The notes beneath the pieces are model-generated. The model did not search any database, was not told the origin of the DNA, and worked only from the letters and a program-made list of their open reading frames with translations. This document shows, in pieces, positions 25,392 through 35,327 of a stretch of DNA of 54,628 nt. Both the position numbers and the translations under genes were made by a program. The DNA is from a virus (taxonomy: Duplodnaviria > Caudoviricetes): the IMG/VR virus record IMGVR_UViG_3300009111_000007, positions 1 to 54,628 of that record, one strand, 5' to 3'. Each line of letters starts with the position of its first letter. Within the stretch, counting starts at the first letter, position 1.

Positions 25392-26371
25392 TGGGTCGCC
25401 TCCCGTGGATCCAACTCGGCGCGGCCTTCGAGCTCGCGCCTCGCCTGGAGGGCCTGCTCGGGGTGAGCTACCTCGAGGCGCTCGGCCTGCTGGCGCAGCT
25501 CGACCGTGTTGCCGTTGAGCTCGTGGACGCATCCGGGGCGCCCACGGGGCTCTTCCCGGGGGAACGGGGGGGGCGTCAGCTTGCCAGCTCTGTGCGGTGG
25601 CCGGCGGCAAAGGCCGAGGAGTTGATCCTGGCGCTGGTGGAGGTGGGCAAGGTGGAGGTGGAGGGTGAGGGGGCTGGCGTGCGCGTGCTCGGCCTGGAGT
25701 GGGCGGTCAAGGCGCTGACAGCCCAGGCTGGCGCCCGGAAGCGCGCCATCGAGTCTCTTTCGCGCAAATTGCGCGCAAGTTGCGCGCAGACCGCCGGCAA
25801 GCTGCGCGAATCTGCGGCGCTAGATCAAGATCTAGATCAAGATCTAGAAACAACTACAACTACTGCGGGCGTGCCGCCCGCGGGGCCATCGGATTCTGCT
25901 GGCAACGGATTCCAGCGGCAAAAAGAAGGCCTTCTTTTTCCGGAGCCACTCATTGCCCCAGGAGCGGCGCTCGCGGCGAAGGCGAGCCGGCGGAAGGCGA
26001 AGGCCCCGGAAGCCCCGGAGGAGCCTAACGCGGCGCCCAGGCGCCAGCTCTCTGACGCTCTCGTCGCCGACTTCGAAGACTTGCGGCGGGCAAAGTACGC
26101 TTTTGCCGGGGCGCGTGACGGCAAGGCGCTGGACGTGCTGATCGACTTCGCAGCCGGCGAGATCGACGAGGTGCGCCGCCGCTGGCGGTGGGGGCTGAAC
26201 TCGGCGCATGAGCGGGATGGGGGTCCGCCCTGGGCCGGGAGGGTGAACACGATTGCCGAGCTGGCGCTACCCGCGCGCTGGAACGCGCTGGCCGCCGCTC
26301 CGGCGACGCCACGCGGAGTAAGCTCCTACCGGACCGCGTTTGAGGGGGGTGAGGTGCCCAATGAGTTTTGA
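25391..26371 (+). CDS. Putative replication initiator (lambda O-like position)
   Basis: Directly upstream of the DnaC-like ATPase; central iteron-like repeats and an AT-rich tract in the linker. Confidence 0.65.
   Translation: MGRLPWIQLGAAFELAPRLEGLLGVSYLEALGLLAQLDRVAVELVDASGAPTGLFPGERGGRQLASSVRWPAAKAEELILALVEVGKVEVEGEGAGVRVLGLEWAVKALTAQAGARKRAIESLSRKLRASCAQTAGKLRESAALDQDLDQDLETTTTTAGVPPAGPSDSAGNGFQRQKEGLLFPEPLIAPGAALAAKASRRKAKAPEAPEEPNAAPRRQLSDALVADFEDLRRAKYAFAGARDGKALDVLIDFAAGEIDEVRRRWRWGLNSAHERDGGPPWAGRVNTIAELALPARWNALAAAPATPRGVSSYRTAFEGGEVPNEF
25758..25864. repeat. Putative replication origin: 11-bp-period iterons plus AT-rich tandem repeats
   Basis: TTTCGCGCAAA, TTGCGCGCAAG, TTGCGCGCAGA, CCGCCGGCAAG, CTGCGCGAAT, then (CTAGATCAAGAT)2 and (CAACTA)2. 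Confidence 0.7.
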
Positions 26372-27134
26372 GCCAACCACAAAACACGTGCCGGCCCTGG
26401 TCGCTCGGATCATAGCCAACAGCCGACTACGCGGGGAGCTGCAGGCCGAGAAGGCGGGTGAAATCGCTGCGGCGCAAAAGGCGCTGTTGGACCAGGCGGC
26501 CACGGCGAGGACGGCAAACGCTGCGCGCCACCTTGAGGCCTGCGGCGTGGACCCACTGACCCGAGCACCCTTCGCCGCCGGGCGCCGCCTGGAGGACACC
26601 CACGCGCTTGAGGGGGCTCGCGCCTGGATCCGAAACGGCACGTACAAGTCCCGCCCGTTTCTTGTCCTTTGCACCAGCGGCGGCTACGGCGCCGGCAAGA
26701 GCGTGGCGGCGGCATACTGCCTGCTGCGGGCAACCCGGACGGCGCGCTCGCTCGCGCACGAGCTGGCAGATGAGCCGACCACCTTTGAGGAGTACGACTC
26801 CAGCAAAGGACTTTGGATCAGGGCCGCGAGCGTGCGGTCCAGCTCGCGCTTTCTTCCGGGCCGGGAAGTGCCGCTGATGGACCTTGCGGCCACTGTGCGC
26901 TGGCTGGTCCTGGATGAGGTGCGCACGGCGGATGTTCAGGGGGCTGGGCAGGCGCGCATCGAGGAGTTGCTGAGCGAGCGGTACGCACGAGGTCTTCCGA
27001 CCGTGATCACCTCGAACCTGGGGCAGGATGATTTGAGCCGGTGTCTTGGACCGCGGCTGGCCAGCAGAATTCACGAAGGCGGGGTTATCGTGGACCCCGG
27101 GCAGGTAGACTTGCGAAGGAGGGAGCAAAAATGA
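26361..27134 (+). CDS. DnaC/IstB-like AAA+ helicase loader
   Basis: Walker A 'GGYGAGKS', Walker B 'WLVLDE', 'RYARGLPTVITSNL', 'RLASRI'. Confidence 0.88.
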   Translation: MSFEPTTKHVPALVARIIANSRLRGELQAEKAGEIAAAQKALLDQAATARTANAARHLEACGVDPLTRAPFAAGRRLEDTHALEGARAWIRNGTYKSRPFLVLCTSGGYGAGKSVAAAYCLLRATRTARSLAHELADEPTTFEEYDSSKGLWIRAASVRSSSRFLPGREVPLMDLAATVRWLVLDEVRTADVQGAGQARIEELLSERYARGLPTVITSNLGQDDLSRCLGPRLASRIHEGGVIVDPGQVDLRRREQK

Positions 27135-27880
27135 ACCCACAGGGAGCCGTTACGCGGTTGTACGATAGAGCAAAAGCTTTCGCGATAGACGAAGACGCGG
27201 GACCAGATGCCGCCGACCTGGCAGCCGCTTTTGGTGATCTTGGATTCGCGGCGCAAGGGGACACTGCGCGGACGCTACTGGGGCAGCTCGATGTCGTAGC
27301 CTCGTGGTCCCCGGACAGGCGAGCGCTGATCGCCCAACTCGACGCAGCGAGACCGGAGGCGTGGGCGCTTCTCCCGGACGTGCTCTGGGGGCTTGCCGAC
27401 AAGGGCATGCCCGCGATGGTCGAGAGCATCGTGGTCGCGCCGGACGAGCAGAAGCTGGGCGCACGGCTGGCAGCCTGGGCCGGGGGATTCAGCGAGGTGC
27501 AAGCTCGCCTCCTGCTCGTGGCACTAAGGGACGGGATCCGAGCGGCAAGCGCCAGAAGGGACGACTTCGCCGCGGCGCAGCTCGACGTACGGCGCAAGGA
27601 ACTTGAGGCGGCCATCACGGGCGAGAATGGATACCATGAATCCACCGCGTGCGATAGGCATGACTGCGCGAGCTGCCAGTACAACGGAGGCTGCGAGCCC
27701 TTTGCGGTGCCGGAAGCGCAGACCCGTCGGCTCGCGCGAGTAGCCGCGCTCGGGGAGGACAACGCCGCCTTGCTTGACAGCGTGCTTGATGAACTGGAGG
27801 GTAAGACGCTGCCTCCGACGCTGCCTCCGAGATCCGACCCGGCCGCGCTCGCGAGAAGGGAGTCGGGCGATGGCCGGTGA
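27131..27880 (+). CDS. Hypothetical protein
   Basis: GGGAG RBS and ATGA coupling. Confidence 0.6.
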   Translation: MNPQGAVTRLYDRAKAFAIDEDAGPDAADLAAAFGDLGFAAQGDTARTLLGQLDVVASWSPDRRALIAQLDAARPEAWALLPDVLWGLADKGMPAMVESIVVAPDEQKLGARLAAWAGGFSEVQARLLLVALRDGIRAASARRDDFAAAQLDVRRKELEAAITGENGYHESTACDRHDCASCQYNGGCEPFAVPEAQTRRLARVAALGEDNAALLDSVLDELEGKTLPPTLPPRSDPAALARRESGDGR

Positions 27881-28136
27881 CAGGTTCAGGGCCGGAGACG
27901 TGGTTTTTGACAAGGACAAGCCGGCTGTGCTGGGGCTTGTTTTGGAGAGCCGTAGTCGCTCCGTCACGGTTGTCTGGGAGCACGGCGGCACTTCCGGCGG
28001 ACCTCCGCTTCTGTCGCTTCTGCGTCACTCCAAGCCGGCGACAATGGTCGTGGTGCCAGCAGGCGCGCTCGGCACCCGGTATCGGAATCGAGAGCAGGCC
28101 GTGAAGGCCGTGCTCAGAAAGGCGGGGTTGAGATGA
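27870..28136 (+). CDS. Small SH3/KOW-like protein
   Basis: 'FRAGDVV...LGLVLE...VTVVW'; GGGAG RBS. Confidence 0.5.
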   Translation: MAGDRFRAGDVVFDKDKPAVLGLVLESRSRSVTVVWEHGGTSGGPPLLSLLRHSKPATMVVVPAGALGTRYRNREQAVKAVLRKAGLR

Positions 28137-28708
28137 GGCCTGGCATCAGATTCGAGGTGCCGCTGCGGCTCGGGCGCGGTCAGAACGAGCGGGGAGGCTG
28201 GCGGTCTCGGCACGGGAGGAACCAGAGGGAACGGGATGCGATATTCTACGCCGCAGCCAGCGTGGTAACGGTGGAGGGGTGTGCTCGAGCGCGGCTCGGC
28301 GAAGTGCTCAAGGCGATGGCTTGCAAGCCGGTGGAGGTCTGCCTTGTGCGGCTCCACACGCGGCACTCGAAGGGGCTCGACCGTGACAACCTGGTCGCGT
28401 CTTTCAAGTCCGTCCGCGACGCCCTGACCGAGGTCATGGGTCTGAAGTCCGACCGCGAGTCGGCCATGTTGGCCTGGACCTACGCCCAGGAGGAAGCCTG
28501 GACATGGGGTCTTCGGGTGGAGGTGGGGCCGCTTTCGCCGCCCGTCAAGCTGCCGGAGTGGACGGCGGAGGAGTGGCGCGAGATAGAGAAAGCCCTTCGC
28601 GCCGAACTGCGCTACGGCTCTGACGAAGAGCCAGACCGCGCGCGGCGGCTGGAGAAATTGGCCGACAAAGCCAGGGCCGTGGGCAGGGCGCTGGAGGGCT
28701 CTGCATGA
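28133..28708 (+). CDS. RusA-like Holliday junction resolvase
   Basis: 'LDRDNLVASFKSVRDAL...SD' matches the DxDN catalytic pattern; follows the replication genes. Confidence 0.7.
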   Translation: MRPGIRFEVPLRLGRGQNERGGWRSRHGRNQRERDAIFYAAASVVTVEGCARARLGEVLKAMACKPVEVCLVRLHTRHSKGLDRDNLVASFKSVRDALTEVMGLKSDRESAMLAWTYAQEEAWTWGLRVEVGPLSPPVKLPEWTAEEWREIEKALRAELRYGSDEEPDRARRLEKLADKARAVGRALEGSA

Positions 28709-29127
28709 AGGCCAAATTTCGCCTCGTCGAGAAGGCGCTGCTCGTCCACCAGCTCGTTCTCGCGAGACGTGAGCGGCGCCGGAAGAAGCCGCGCAGACTC
28801 ATGGCGGAGCTCTTGGCGGCGAAGCGTCCCGGAAGGTGCGCGTTTTGCGACGGCGTTTTGACGAAACTATCGCCGAATCAGGTCGTGCACGCGAGGTGCC
28901 GCTGGGGGTGGGACCGGCTCTACTGGCGCGCGCTTAGGGCCGAGAAGAAAGCCGAGCGCGAGGCCCGCGGCGAGGAAGTCAACCGAACCGGCGGCGTGGC
29001 CTCGCGATACTCGGTCGAGAACAGGGCCGAGATGCGCGGCGAGCGAGCGGCCGGAGCGACTCTCGGCGCGCTCGCTCGCAAGTGGCGGTGCTCCCGGGGC
29101 TACGTCTGCGCGTTACTTCGCGGGTAG
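28705..29127 (+). CDS. Basic protein with Cys motif and C-terminal HTH (candidate late regulator)
   Basis: 'CAFC...HARC' and 'GATLGALARKWRCSRGYV'; last gene of the replication operon. Confidence 0.55.
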   Translation: MKAKFRLVEKALLVHQLVLARRERRRKKPRRLMAELLAAKRPGRCAFCDGVLTKLSPNQVVHARCRWGWDRLYWRALRAEKKAEREARGEEVNRTGGVASRYSVENRAEMRGERAAGATLGALARKWRCSRGYVCALLRG

Positions 29128-29504
29128 CCATTGACCCGATGACGGGTCGAGACGCACCAGTTCGGCGGAGTCGTTGCCCCACTCTCGGGCCTTGGCCAGG
29201 TATTGCCTGGCCTCCGCCTTCGTGGCGCGCCTCTCAATATTCACGAGGCCACCGACAGAGAGATAGCGGACGCCCCAACACTCTACCTTTCGCACCCCGC
29301 GTTTCTCCGAGTCCGTGACTCGGACGCTGGGCGCCGAAAGTGCCTCTGGCGATGAAGGCGGTTGAGCGTCGGTGCCCAATAGCTCGGCACGACGGTCAAG
29401 CAGTTCCCCGAGTCGCGTTACCAACGCGTCCAGCCCGCTCGCCGTTTCGCAAACATGCTGCACCAGTTCTCGGAAAAACACCCGATAGACTTCCGCCGTC
29501 CGGC

Positions 29505-30674
29505 TCACGGCATCACCCAACGCGTGTGGCACAGGACGCTCCAGACCACTTCGTGGATGTCAAGCCCAGAACCCTGCGGCTTCGGGCTTCCCAAGATGCA
29601 CGAGGCGTGGTTGCCTCCCCAGCCCGGCTCCCGAGCGCACAACTCGTCGCGAATCTCTGCCCAGTCGAGCGCCACCTGACCGACAGCGTTCGTCGCGCGG
29701 GCGATGGTGTAGAGGAGTTTGCCGGTCGGGCGTCCAGCGCCGGTGCCACCGCATCCGCCCAGACACGGCACGTCGATCGGGTCGATGCGCGATCGATCCA
29801 CGCCCGAGCCGCCGCACTCGCACGGCTCAAGGATCGGCGAGCAGGCCACGACTACGGGCGCGTGCTCGTAGCCGTAGGAGAGAGCCCCGCGGCCAGCCGA
29901 CAGCCCGGTGATCGTCGAGCGCACCACGGCGACTAGGGGGCGACCGTCGCACAGCTCAATCGCGAGATCCATGGCCTCGCGACCGGCGGCGAGCTCCTCC
30001 CGCGCATGCTCGTCGATCGCGGCAAGCACGAGGATCTCGCCGGCCTGATCGTAGAGCAGGTGCCGGCCGTGGCCGAGCGCGGTCTCCGGGGACCCGAAGA
30101 GTTCCTGCCGCGCCTGCGCATCCAGCCGGCAGCGCACCATCACGTCACCGGTCTCCAACCACGTCCCGATCAGCTCCGCCCGGAGCTCGGGCGTCAGTGC
30201 GCTGCACGCGCAGAGCCGAGACAAACCCGGGAAACCTTTCGTCACGTCCCCCAGCGTCTGGCCCGGCGTCCAGGGACCAAGGGCCTCGTAGCAGGCGTTG
30301 TCGGCAATGGCCACGGCGGCGATCCGGGAGCGCATCTCTGGCGAGTAGGGGTAGGTCCGGATCCCTGTCCCGAGAAGAATCGCAGCCGCCAGGTAGTCAT
30401 CAAGCCCCGCATCCTGACGGAGACAGAGCCGACCGGGCAGGTCCCCGGCTTGGCCGGGGAAGTGGAGCGCGGAGGTGCAGGCGGCGGCAGGCGCGTACGT
30501 CTTGGCCTCTGCTACCCAGAGGTGCCGGTCGAGCTCCTCGGGCTCCACGCCGAGAATCTTGCTTCCCCCGTGCTGGGGGTCCAACCACCAGCCGACTCCG
30601 GCCGCGCGCACCTGAGCGGAGGGCTCGATCCAGAGGTCGTTGCTACGGTGGTTCGACGGATTGACGAAGATCAT
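29505..30674 (-). CDS. Putative DHH-like phosphoesterase-fold protein with inserted zinc finger
   Basis: 'LDPQH', 'LDDYLAAAILL', C-terminal 'EPGWGG...ILGSP'; insertion 'CECGGSG...CLGGCGGTG'. Confidence 0.4.
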   Translation of the reverse strand: MIFVNPSNHRSNDLWIEPSAQVRAAGVGWWLDPQHGGSKILGVEPEELDRHLWVAEAKTYAPAAACTSALHFPGQAGDLPGRLCLRQDAGLDDYLAAAILLGTGIRTYPYSPEMRSRIAAVAIADNACYEALGPWTPGQTLGDVTKGFPGLSRLCACSALTPELRAELIGTWLETGDVMVRCRLDAQARQELFGSPETALGHGRHLLYDQAGEILVLAAIDEHAREELAAGREAMDLAIELCDGRPLVAVVRSTITGLSAGRGALSYGYEHAPVVVACSPILEPCECGGSGVDRSRIDPIDVPCLGGCGGTGAGRPTGKLLYTIARATNAVGQVALDWAEIRDELCAREPGWGGNHASCILGSPKPQGSGLDIHEVVWSVLCHTRWVMP

Positions 30675-30752
30675 TTGCTACTCCAGCGTGTTGGGGCGCC
30701 CGTCTCCCCGTGAAGGCGTGGTGGCCCGCGATGTGCTCACGGGCCAGAGCGT

Positions 30753-30956
30753 CTACCCCTTCGGTTGCGCGGGTTCACAGAGCGCCATCGGAGCGCCCGA
30801 GGGCGAACTGACATACCCGCAGAAAACCATCCCGGTGGGGCACTCGGGGTGGTTCTCCAGGCACCGAGGTTGGGGGGGGGGCGGGGACGGACGCGCCTTC
30901 TTCGGCGCGGCGTCGACGGCAAAAGCAAACAGCAGGACGAGCAGGGCGATGCGCAT
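30753..30956 (-). CDS. Small secreted Cys/Pro-rich peptide
   Basis: AAGGGAG RBS; signal peptide 'MRIALLVLLFAFAVDA'; four Cys. Confidence 0.55.
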   Translation of the reverse strand: MRIALLVLLFAFAVDAAPKKARPSPPPPQPRCLENHPECPTGMVFCGYVSSPSGAPMALCEPAQPKG

Positions 30957-31879
30957 GCGGGACTCCCTTGATTGGCCTCAAGCGAGGCTGGCGACCGAGC
31001 ACGTCACGCGGCTCGATCAACGCGCCGAAGTCAGCGGTACCCCTCGCTCTTCGGTGTCGGCGATGCGGCGACTATTCGACAACACTCGCGCAGCGCCGCT
31101 CTGTCTGCTGCGTCATAGCGGCCGTCGCGCGCGCCTCTGCTCTCGACTCGCCGAATACGCCAGAGCCCTTCGTGGGCCACCCCGGACAGAGCATGACCAA
31201 ATCCAGAAACGAGGCTGACTCTGACCACGTCGCGAAACCGGAAGACACTCGGCGACACCCATACCTCCCGGCCGCTCGGCAAGTGAAAGTGCCTGCCGTA
31301 CTTGCGCAGATCGCCGCTCATTGCACCCTCACAAAAGCGCCGGCCTGCTCTAGCCGGCAACACACCTCCGCGTCCCCGCGCTCGGTGGCCCCGGCGCCGT
31401 CCGGCTCCGCGCGCAGTACCGCGATCGCACGGTCCAGGCGGTAGATGACCACCGACTGCCAGCCCTCAACGTAGACAGACACCTCCCCGGGCGCCGCCTC
31501 CTCGGGCACAGCAACCGAAGCGGAGGCGCCGAAGACGCGGCACAGCTCGAAGACCAGGCGCCTGGAGTCCCCGGCGACGAGCGGCGTCTCCGCCTCTACC
31601 GAGTCCACGGAGCCCCCCTGTAGCGCGTGTGCTCGCAACGCTCGGCGGCCAGCGGGTCCGTGCGGCGGTGTTCGGCCACGAGCTCGAGCGGTACATGGAT
31701 CCGGCTGCGCAGGTGGGCGGCCAAGCGGGCGTACCTGGCGTTCTCGGCTTCCCATAACTCGTCGGCCCGCTCGTCACCGGCCGGGCTGTCTGGTGTGAGG
31801 GGGCGGGCCTGAGAGGCGAGGTGCTCCAGCTCCTCGACTCTCGTGAGCGTGATCGCGGCTCGCCGCAGGCGTGCTCGTC

Positions 31880-32662
31880 TCACGAGAGCCTCCGGCTGTC
31901 CGAGGAGAGGAGCTCGACCAGCGAGCAGTCACCGGGATTCGCCTGGGCCAGAAGCTCCGCGACCTCCCGCGGCGGCCTGATCGCATCGAGCACGATCTGC
32001 CGGCCTTCGTCCGCACCGGCTCCGTCGCGGAAGAGACGGAGCACGCGCTGGGTCGTGTCTGTGTGCGCGCGCATCGGTTCTGAGCAAACACCGCGATCAA
32101 GCTCGACCCACAGGTGTGACGGCGGCACCCGGGCGACAACCTTCACGCGCTCACGCAGACCGAAAACCCGGTCCAACTCGACCTGGAGGCGGGACACGGC
32201 CTCGGCGCGGCTGGCAAAGAAGCTGGGCTTGCACGGGGTCTCCTGCGCCTGCACCAGCGGGTAGCTCCACCCGCCCGTGTCGGTCTGGACGGCGGGGGTC
32301 TCCGACAACGACCAGCCGGCGGGCAGCGCGGCCTCGGTCTCGGTCCGCTCGACCTCTCCGTACAGGACCACCCTCGGGCCGACGGCGGAATCGAGCTCCA
32401 CCTCAATCCGGGCCGCCGTGGGCGAGCCCGCCTCGTGCTTAACCTCAAGCACCTCCACCGTCCCGCTCGCTCCGCCCGGCGTGGCCTGCCCCAGGCAGGT
32501 CCAGGAGCCGTCCTCGTGGCGCTCCCAGTCGGCAGGGGAGGCAGCCTCCCACTCCTCGCGGGTGTAGGCTGTGCCGTCCTCGCAGAGCTGGACAAAGGTC
32601 TCGTAAATCTTGCCGTCGGCAGCGGCGAAGCGGATCAGGTGGGTGGGGGCGAAAGTGCTCAT
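31880..32662 (-). CDS. Hypothetical early protein (multi-domain, acidic N-terminus)
   Basis: AGGAG RBS; GC3-rich codons. Confidence 0.65.
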   Translation of the reverse strand: MSTFAPTHLIRFAAADGKIYETFVQLCEDGTAYTREEWEAASPADWERHEDGSWTCLGQATPGGASGTVEVLEVKHEAGSPTAARIEVELDSAVGPRVVLYGEVERTETEAALPAGWSLSETPAVQTDTGGWSYPLVQAQETPCKPSFFASRAEAVSRLQVELDRVFGLRERVKVVARVPPSHLWVELDRGVCSEPMRAHTDTTQRVLRLFRDGAGADEGRQIVLDAIRPPREVAELLAQANPGDCSLVELLSSDSRRLS

Positions 32663-32746
32663 GGCGTGCTCCTGGGTGGTTGGGGTGCTTGGGTGTACAG
32701 CTCAGCCCCGGAGGGCTCGGCGGAGCCCCCGAGCGGGGGTGAGTGG

Positions 32747-33076
32747 TCAGGCAATCGCCGCGCGGAGAGCCTCGCGCACAAGCTCGATGGCGCTCGCGCC
32801 GATCCAGCTCTTCGCGATGCAACGGCCTCGGATCGCCGTCCCGAGCTCGCGCAAAACACGCTCACGGCGAGCGGCGTCGGCGTCAAAGTCGGCAGCCCGA
32901 GCGGGCGAGTCCACCAGCAGGTGCAAGGCAGCGCGGACGACTCGGCCCCGGCTGTCGGTGCCGTACCGCACCTGGGCGTCGGACGCCCCAGACAGCTCCG
33001 GTAGCTCCACCTCAAGCGTCAAGGTGTGGGTGGAGATCGATCCAGTCTTGAGGTAGTGCTCAGTAAAGGTCGCCAT
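32747..33076 (-). CDS. Hypothetical early protein
   Basis: AAGGAGG RBS directly downstream of repeated promoter copy 1; 'LPELSGASDAQVRYG...AKSWI'. Confidence 0.7.
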   Translation of the reverse strand: MATFTEHYLKTGSISTHTLTLEVELPELSGASDAQVRYGTDSRGRVVRAALHLLVDSPARAADFDADAARRERVLRELGTAIRGRCIAKSWIGASAIELVREALRAAIA

Positions 33077-33089
33077 CGTGTCCTCCTTG

Positions 33090-33137
33090 TCCTGCGTTGG
33101 TGGACGAAAGGTAGCGAGTGTCGCGACCTTTGTCAAG
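33090..33137 (-). promoter_or_regulatory. Repeated early promoter/operator cassette, copy 1
   Basis: TTGACA-N17-TACCTT with the inverted repeat AAAGGT..GCGA/TCGC..ACCTTT. Confidence 0.85.
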
Positions 33138-33192
33138 GGGGGGGGCAGAAGAAAGTGGAAATCCGCGTGGTTAAGCGGGGTTAGGAGGATGG

Positions 33193-33456
33193 TTAGAAAA
33201 AGAAGGCCTCGAAAAGCTCTCGGGCTCGCTGCTCCGGTGCCTCCCCCGGCCAGAGGACTTCGCAGAGCCGGCGCCTGTTGGCTCGGGCGGGGACCTGGGG
33301 GCGAGCGGCGGACACCCATCCTTTGGCGGTGGCCAGGCTCACTCCCGTGCTTGCCGCCAGCTCTCGGAGGGGCATCCGGAGCTCTCTCCGCCGGGCCTGG
33401 AGGCGCGCGGCCAAGGCCAGCGCCAGTTCGCGACGGGTGGGGACGGGGGTCTTCAC
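33193..33456 (-). CDS. XRE/Cro-like HTH regulator
   Basis: AAGGAG RBS before GTG 33456; 'RLQARRRELRMPLRELAASTGVSLATAKGW'. Confidence 0.75.
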   Translation of the reverse strand: MKTPVPTRRELALALAARLQARRRELRMPLRELAASTGVSLATAKGWVSAARPQVPARANRRRLCEVLWPGEAPEQRARELFEAFFF

Positions 33457-33692
33457 GGATTGCTCCTTTGTCACCAAGCCCCGGTGATTGGGACCGCGAG
33501 GTGGACAGCAAGCGCCCGCGGGTAGGGGCGCAGGGTAGACGGCAGCAGCCCGACGTGTGCCAGCCAGCGGGCGGCCCTCTTGCGCGGCTTGCGCGGAACC
33601 CGGCCGTGCCGTGCGCCGAACAGCGCGCGGGGAGCGCGTGCCTGCCTTCAGCACGCGCACCTCGACCGGCTCGGCCACGACCAAGCAGCCGC

Positions 33693-33956
33693 TCACCCGA
33701 GCACCAGGGGCGCGTCCGCCAGGTCGAGGTAGCGGGCAAGGAACTTGCGCGGGGTGCAGGGCGTGTGGGGGGCCAGCTCCCCGTGCACCTGCTCGCGGAT
33801 CGCGTCGTCCATCCCCGCGACAATCAGCGCCCACGTCGCCGGACGCGAGAGGCTATCCTCCTGCTCGGCGAGTCGAGCCTCGAGGCGATCCAGGTCGCCA
33901 GAGCGGTAGCAGGGGGTACCTTCGACGCCGTTGTGGAGGTTGATGTAGGTGCTCAT
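33693..33956 (-). CDS. Hypothetical early protein
   Basis: AGGAG RBS; 'MDDAIREQVHGELAPHTPCTPRKFLARY'. Confidence 0.7.
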   Translation of the reverse strand: MSTYINLHNGVEGTPCYRSGDLDRLEARLAEQEDSLSRPATWALIVAGMDDAIREQVHGELAPHTPCTPRKFLARYLDLADAPLVLG

Positions 33957-34025
33957 GCGGTGCTCCTGTGCTGCGGGTTTGAGGTGGTGGCGAGAGGTCT
34001 TTGGCCCTCCCGCGAGTGGCCGGGG

Positions 34026-34481
34026 CTACTGGACCTCGGGATAGGTCTCCTCGTAGACCCGCAGCCACGGGTCTCCTTTGGCCAGATGCCCCCGCCGTAT
34101 CGTGGAGCCGCGGACGCGCGCCTTGCGCGCCGCCCCGAGGGTGTGGTGAGAGGACAGCACTTGGGTGCGATCGCCGTAGTATCCAGGGGCGGGTGTCACG
34201 AAGTACTTGGTGCCGGCGTCCATGTCAGCACCTCCGGCGAGCTGCGCCGGGGTGGGCGAGGTCTTGACGGGCAAGGGCTGCGAAGCCGCGGGTACCAATC
34301 GCCCGTCCCGGATCCAGAACCCGGCTCGATCGTCGGTGTCCGGCTGGACCAGCACATCGTTGCCGTCAACCTCGAGCACCGCACCCGACCAGCCAGTGAA
34401 CTCGTCGGGCACCATCGCGCCGTTGACGCGCGCCTGCCCCACAACGACTTGTTCGCCAATCTCGATCTCTGAGGTGTTCAT
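34026..34481 (-). CDS. Hypothetical early protein (SH3/KOW-like N-terminus; possible internal second start)
   Basis: Downstream of promoter copy 2; internal GGAGG before 'MDAGTKYF'. Confidence 0.65.
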   Translation of the reverse strand: MNTSEIEIGEQVVVGQARVNGAMVPDEFTGWSGAVLEVDGNDVLVQPDTDDRAGFWIRDGRLVPAASQPLPVKTSPTPAQLAGGADMDAGTKYFVTPAPGYYGDRTQVLSSHHTLGAARKARVRGSTIRRGHLAKGDPWLRVYEETYPEVQ

Positions 34482-34494
34482 GCGTGCTCCCATC

Positions 34495-34542
34495 TCCTGC
34501 GTTGGTGGATGAAAGGTAGCGAGAATCGCGACTTCTGTCAAG
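34495..34542 (-). promoter_or_regulatory. Repeated early promoter/operator cassette, copy 2
   Basis: TTGACA-N17-TACCTT; near-identical to copy 1. Confidence 0.85.
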
Positions 34543-35036
34543 CGGCAATCGAGGCGTCGTCCCCGTTGTGGTCCAGCCAGCGCCAGCCTGGAGGGATCTC
34601 GGCGCCGTCGATCACCTCGGGCTCCCGAGCGTCCATCGCCTCGGCGACCTTGAGGACGCGCGCACGGAGCGCACGCTGGCGCTCCTGCTGCTCGGTGGTG
34701 CCGGCGGAGTACCCGACGCCGAGCCGCTGGCCTACCACGTGGGTGCGGGGCCGGAGGGTGCCCCGGTCGAGGTTCACCAGCACGGTGCCGATTCCGTTGA
34801 TGGTGATGGTGGCGACGTTCGAGGGGCTCATGTCGTGCTCCTGTGCTCGGGTATACGGCTCAACCCCGAAGGATTCGCCGGTGCTGCTGATCCTGTAGGC
34901 TGCCATCGAGTCAGTAAAGTTCATGCTAGGCATCCGTGGCTCATCCCCGAAGGGGCGGTTGCTTGGGTGGTACTACTAGTTGCACCGAAAATCGGACAGT
35001 TCAAGCGGCGCAGCAAGGTTGGCCCAGGCTAGAGGC

Positions 35037-35327
35037 TCAGGCCCGCTTTCGAGCGCTGGCGATGGCAGCGTTCAGAGCTCGCAGCTTCAACATCAGTGCA
35101 ACCTGCCGGTCGACTTCGGCGTCCGGCAAATCAAGGTTGCCTTGCCGCATGAGCTCGGGCACTTGCGCCAGCAACTCTGCCGCGCTGCGTTCCCACGTGC
35201 CGCGCTCGTCCATTTCGAGCCAGCTCTTGAGCTCGCCGCACTCCTCAGATACGAGCGAGGCGGCAAGCGCTACGCAATGGCGGGCTCTTGATGGGGTGTC
35301 CGAAAAGGAGATGTTGTCGGATTGCAT
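35037..35327 (-). CDS. Hypothetical early protein
   Basis: GAGG RBS before 'MQSDNISF'. Confidence 0.5.
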   Translation of the reverse strand: MQSDNISFSDTPSRARHCVALAASLVSEECGELKSWLEMDERGTWERSAAELLAQVPELMRQGNLDLPDAEVDRQVALMLKLRALNAAIASARKRA

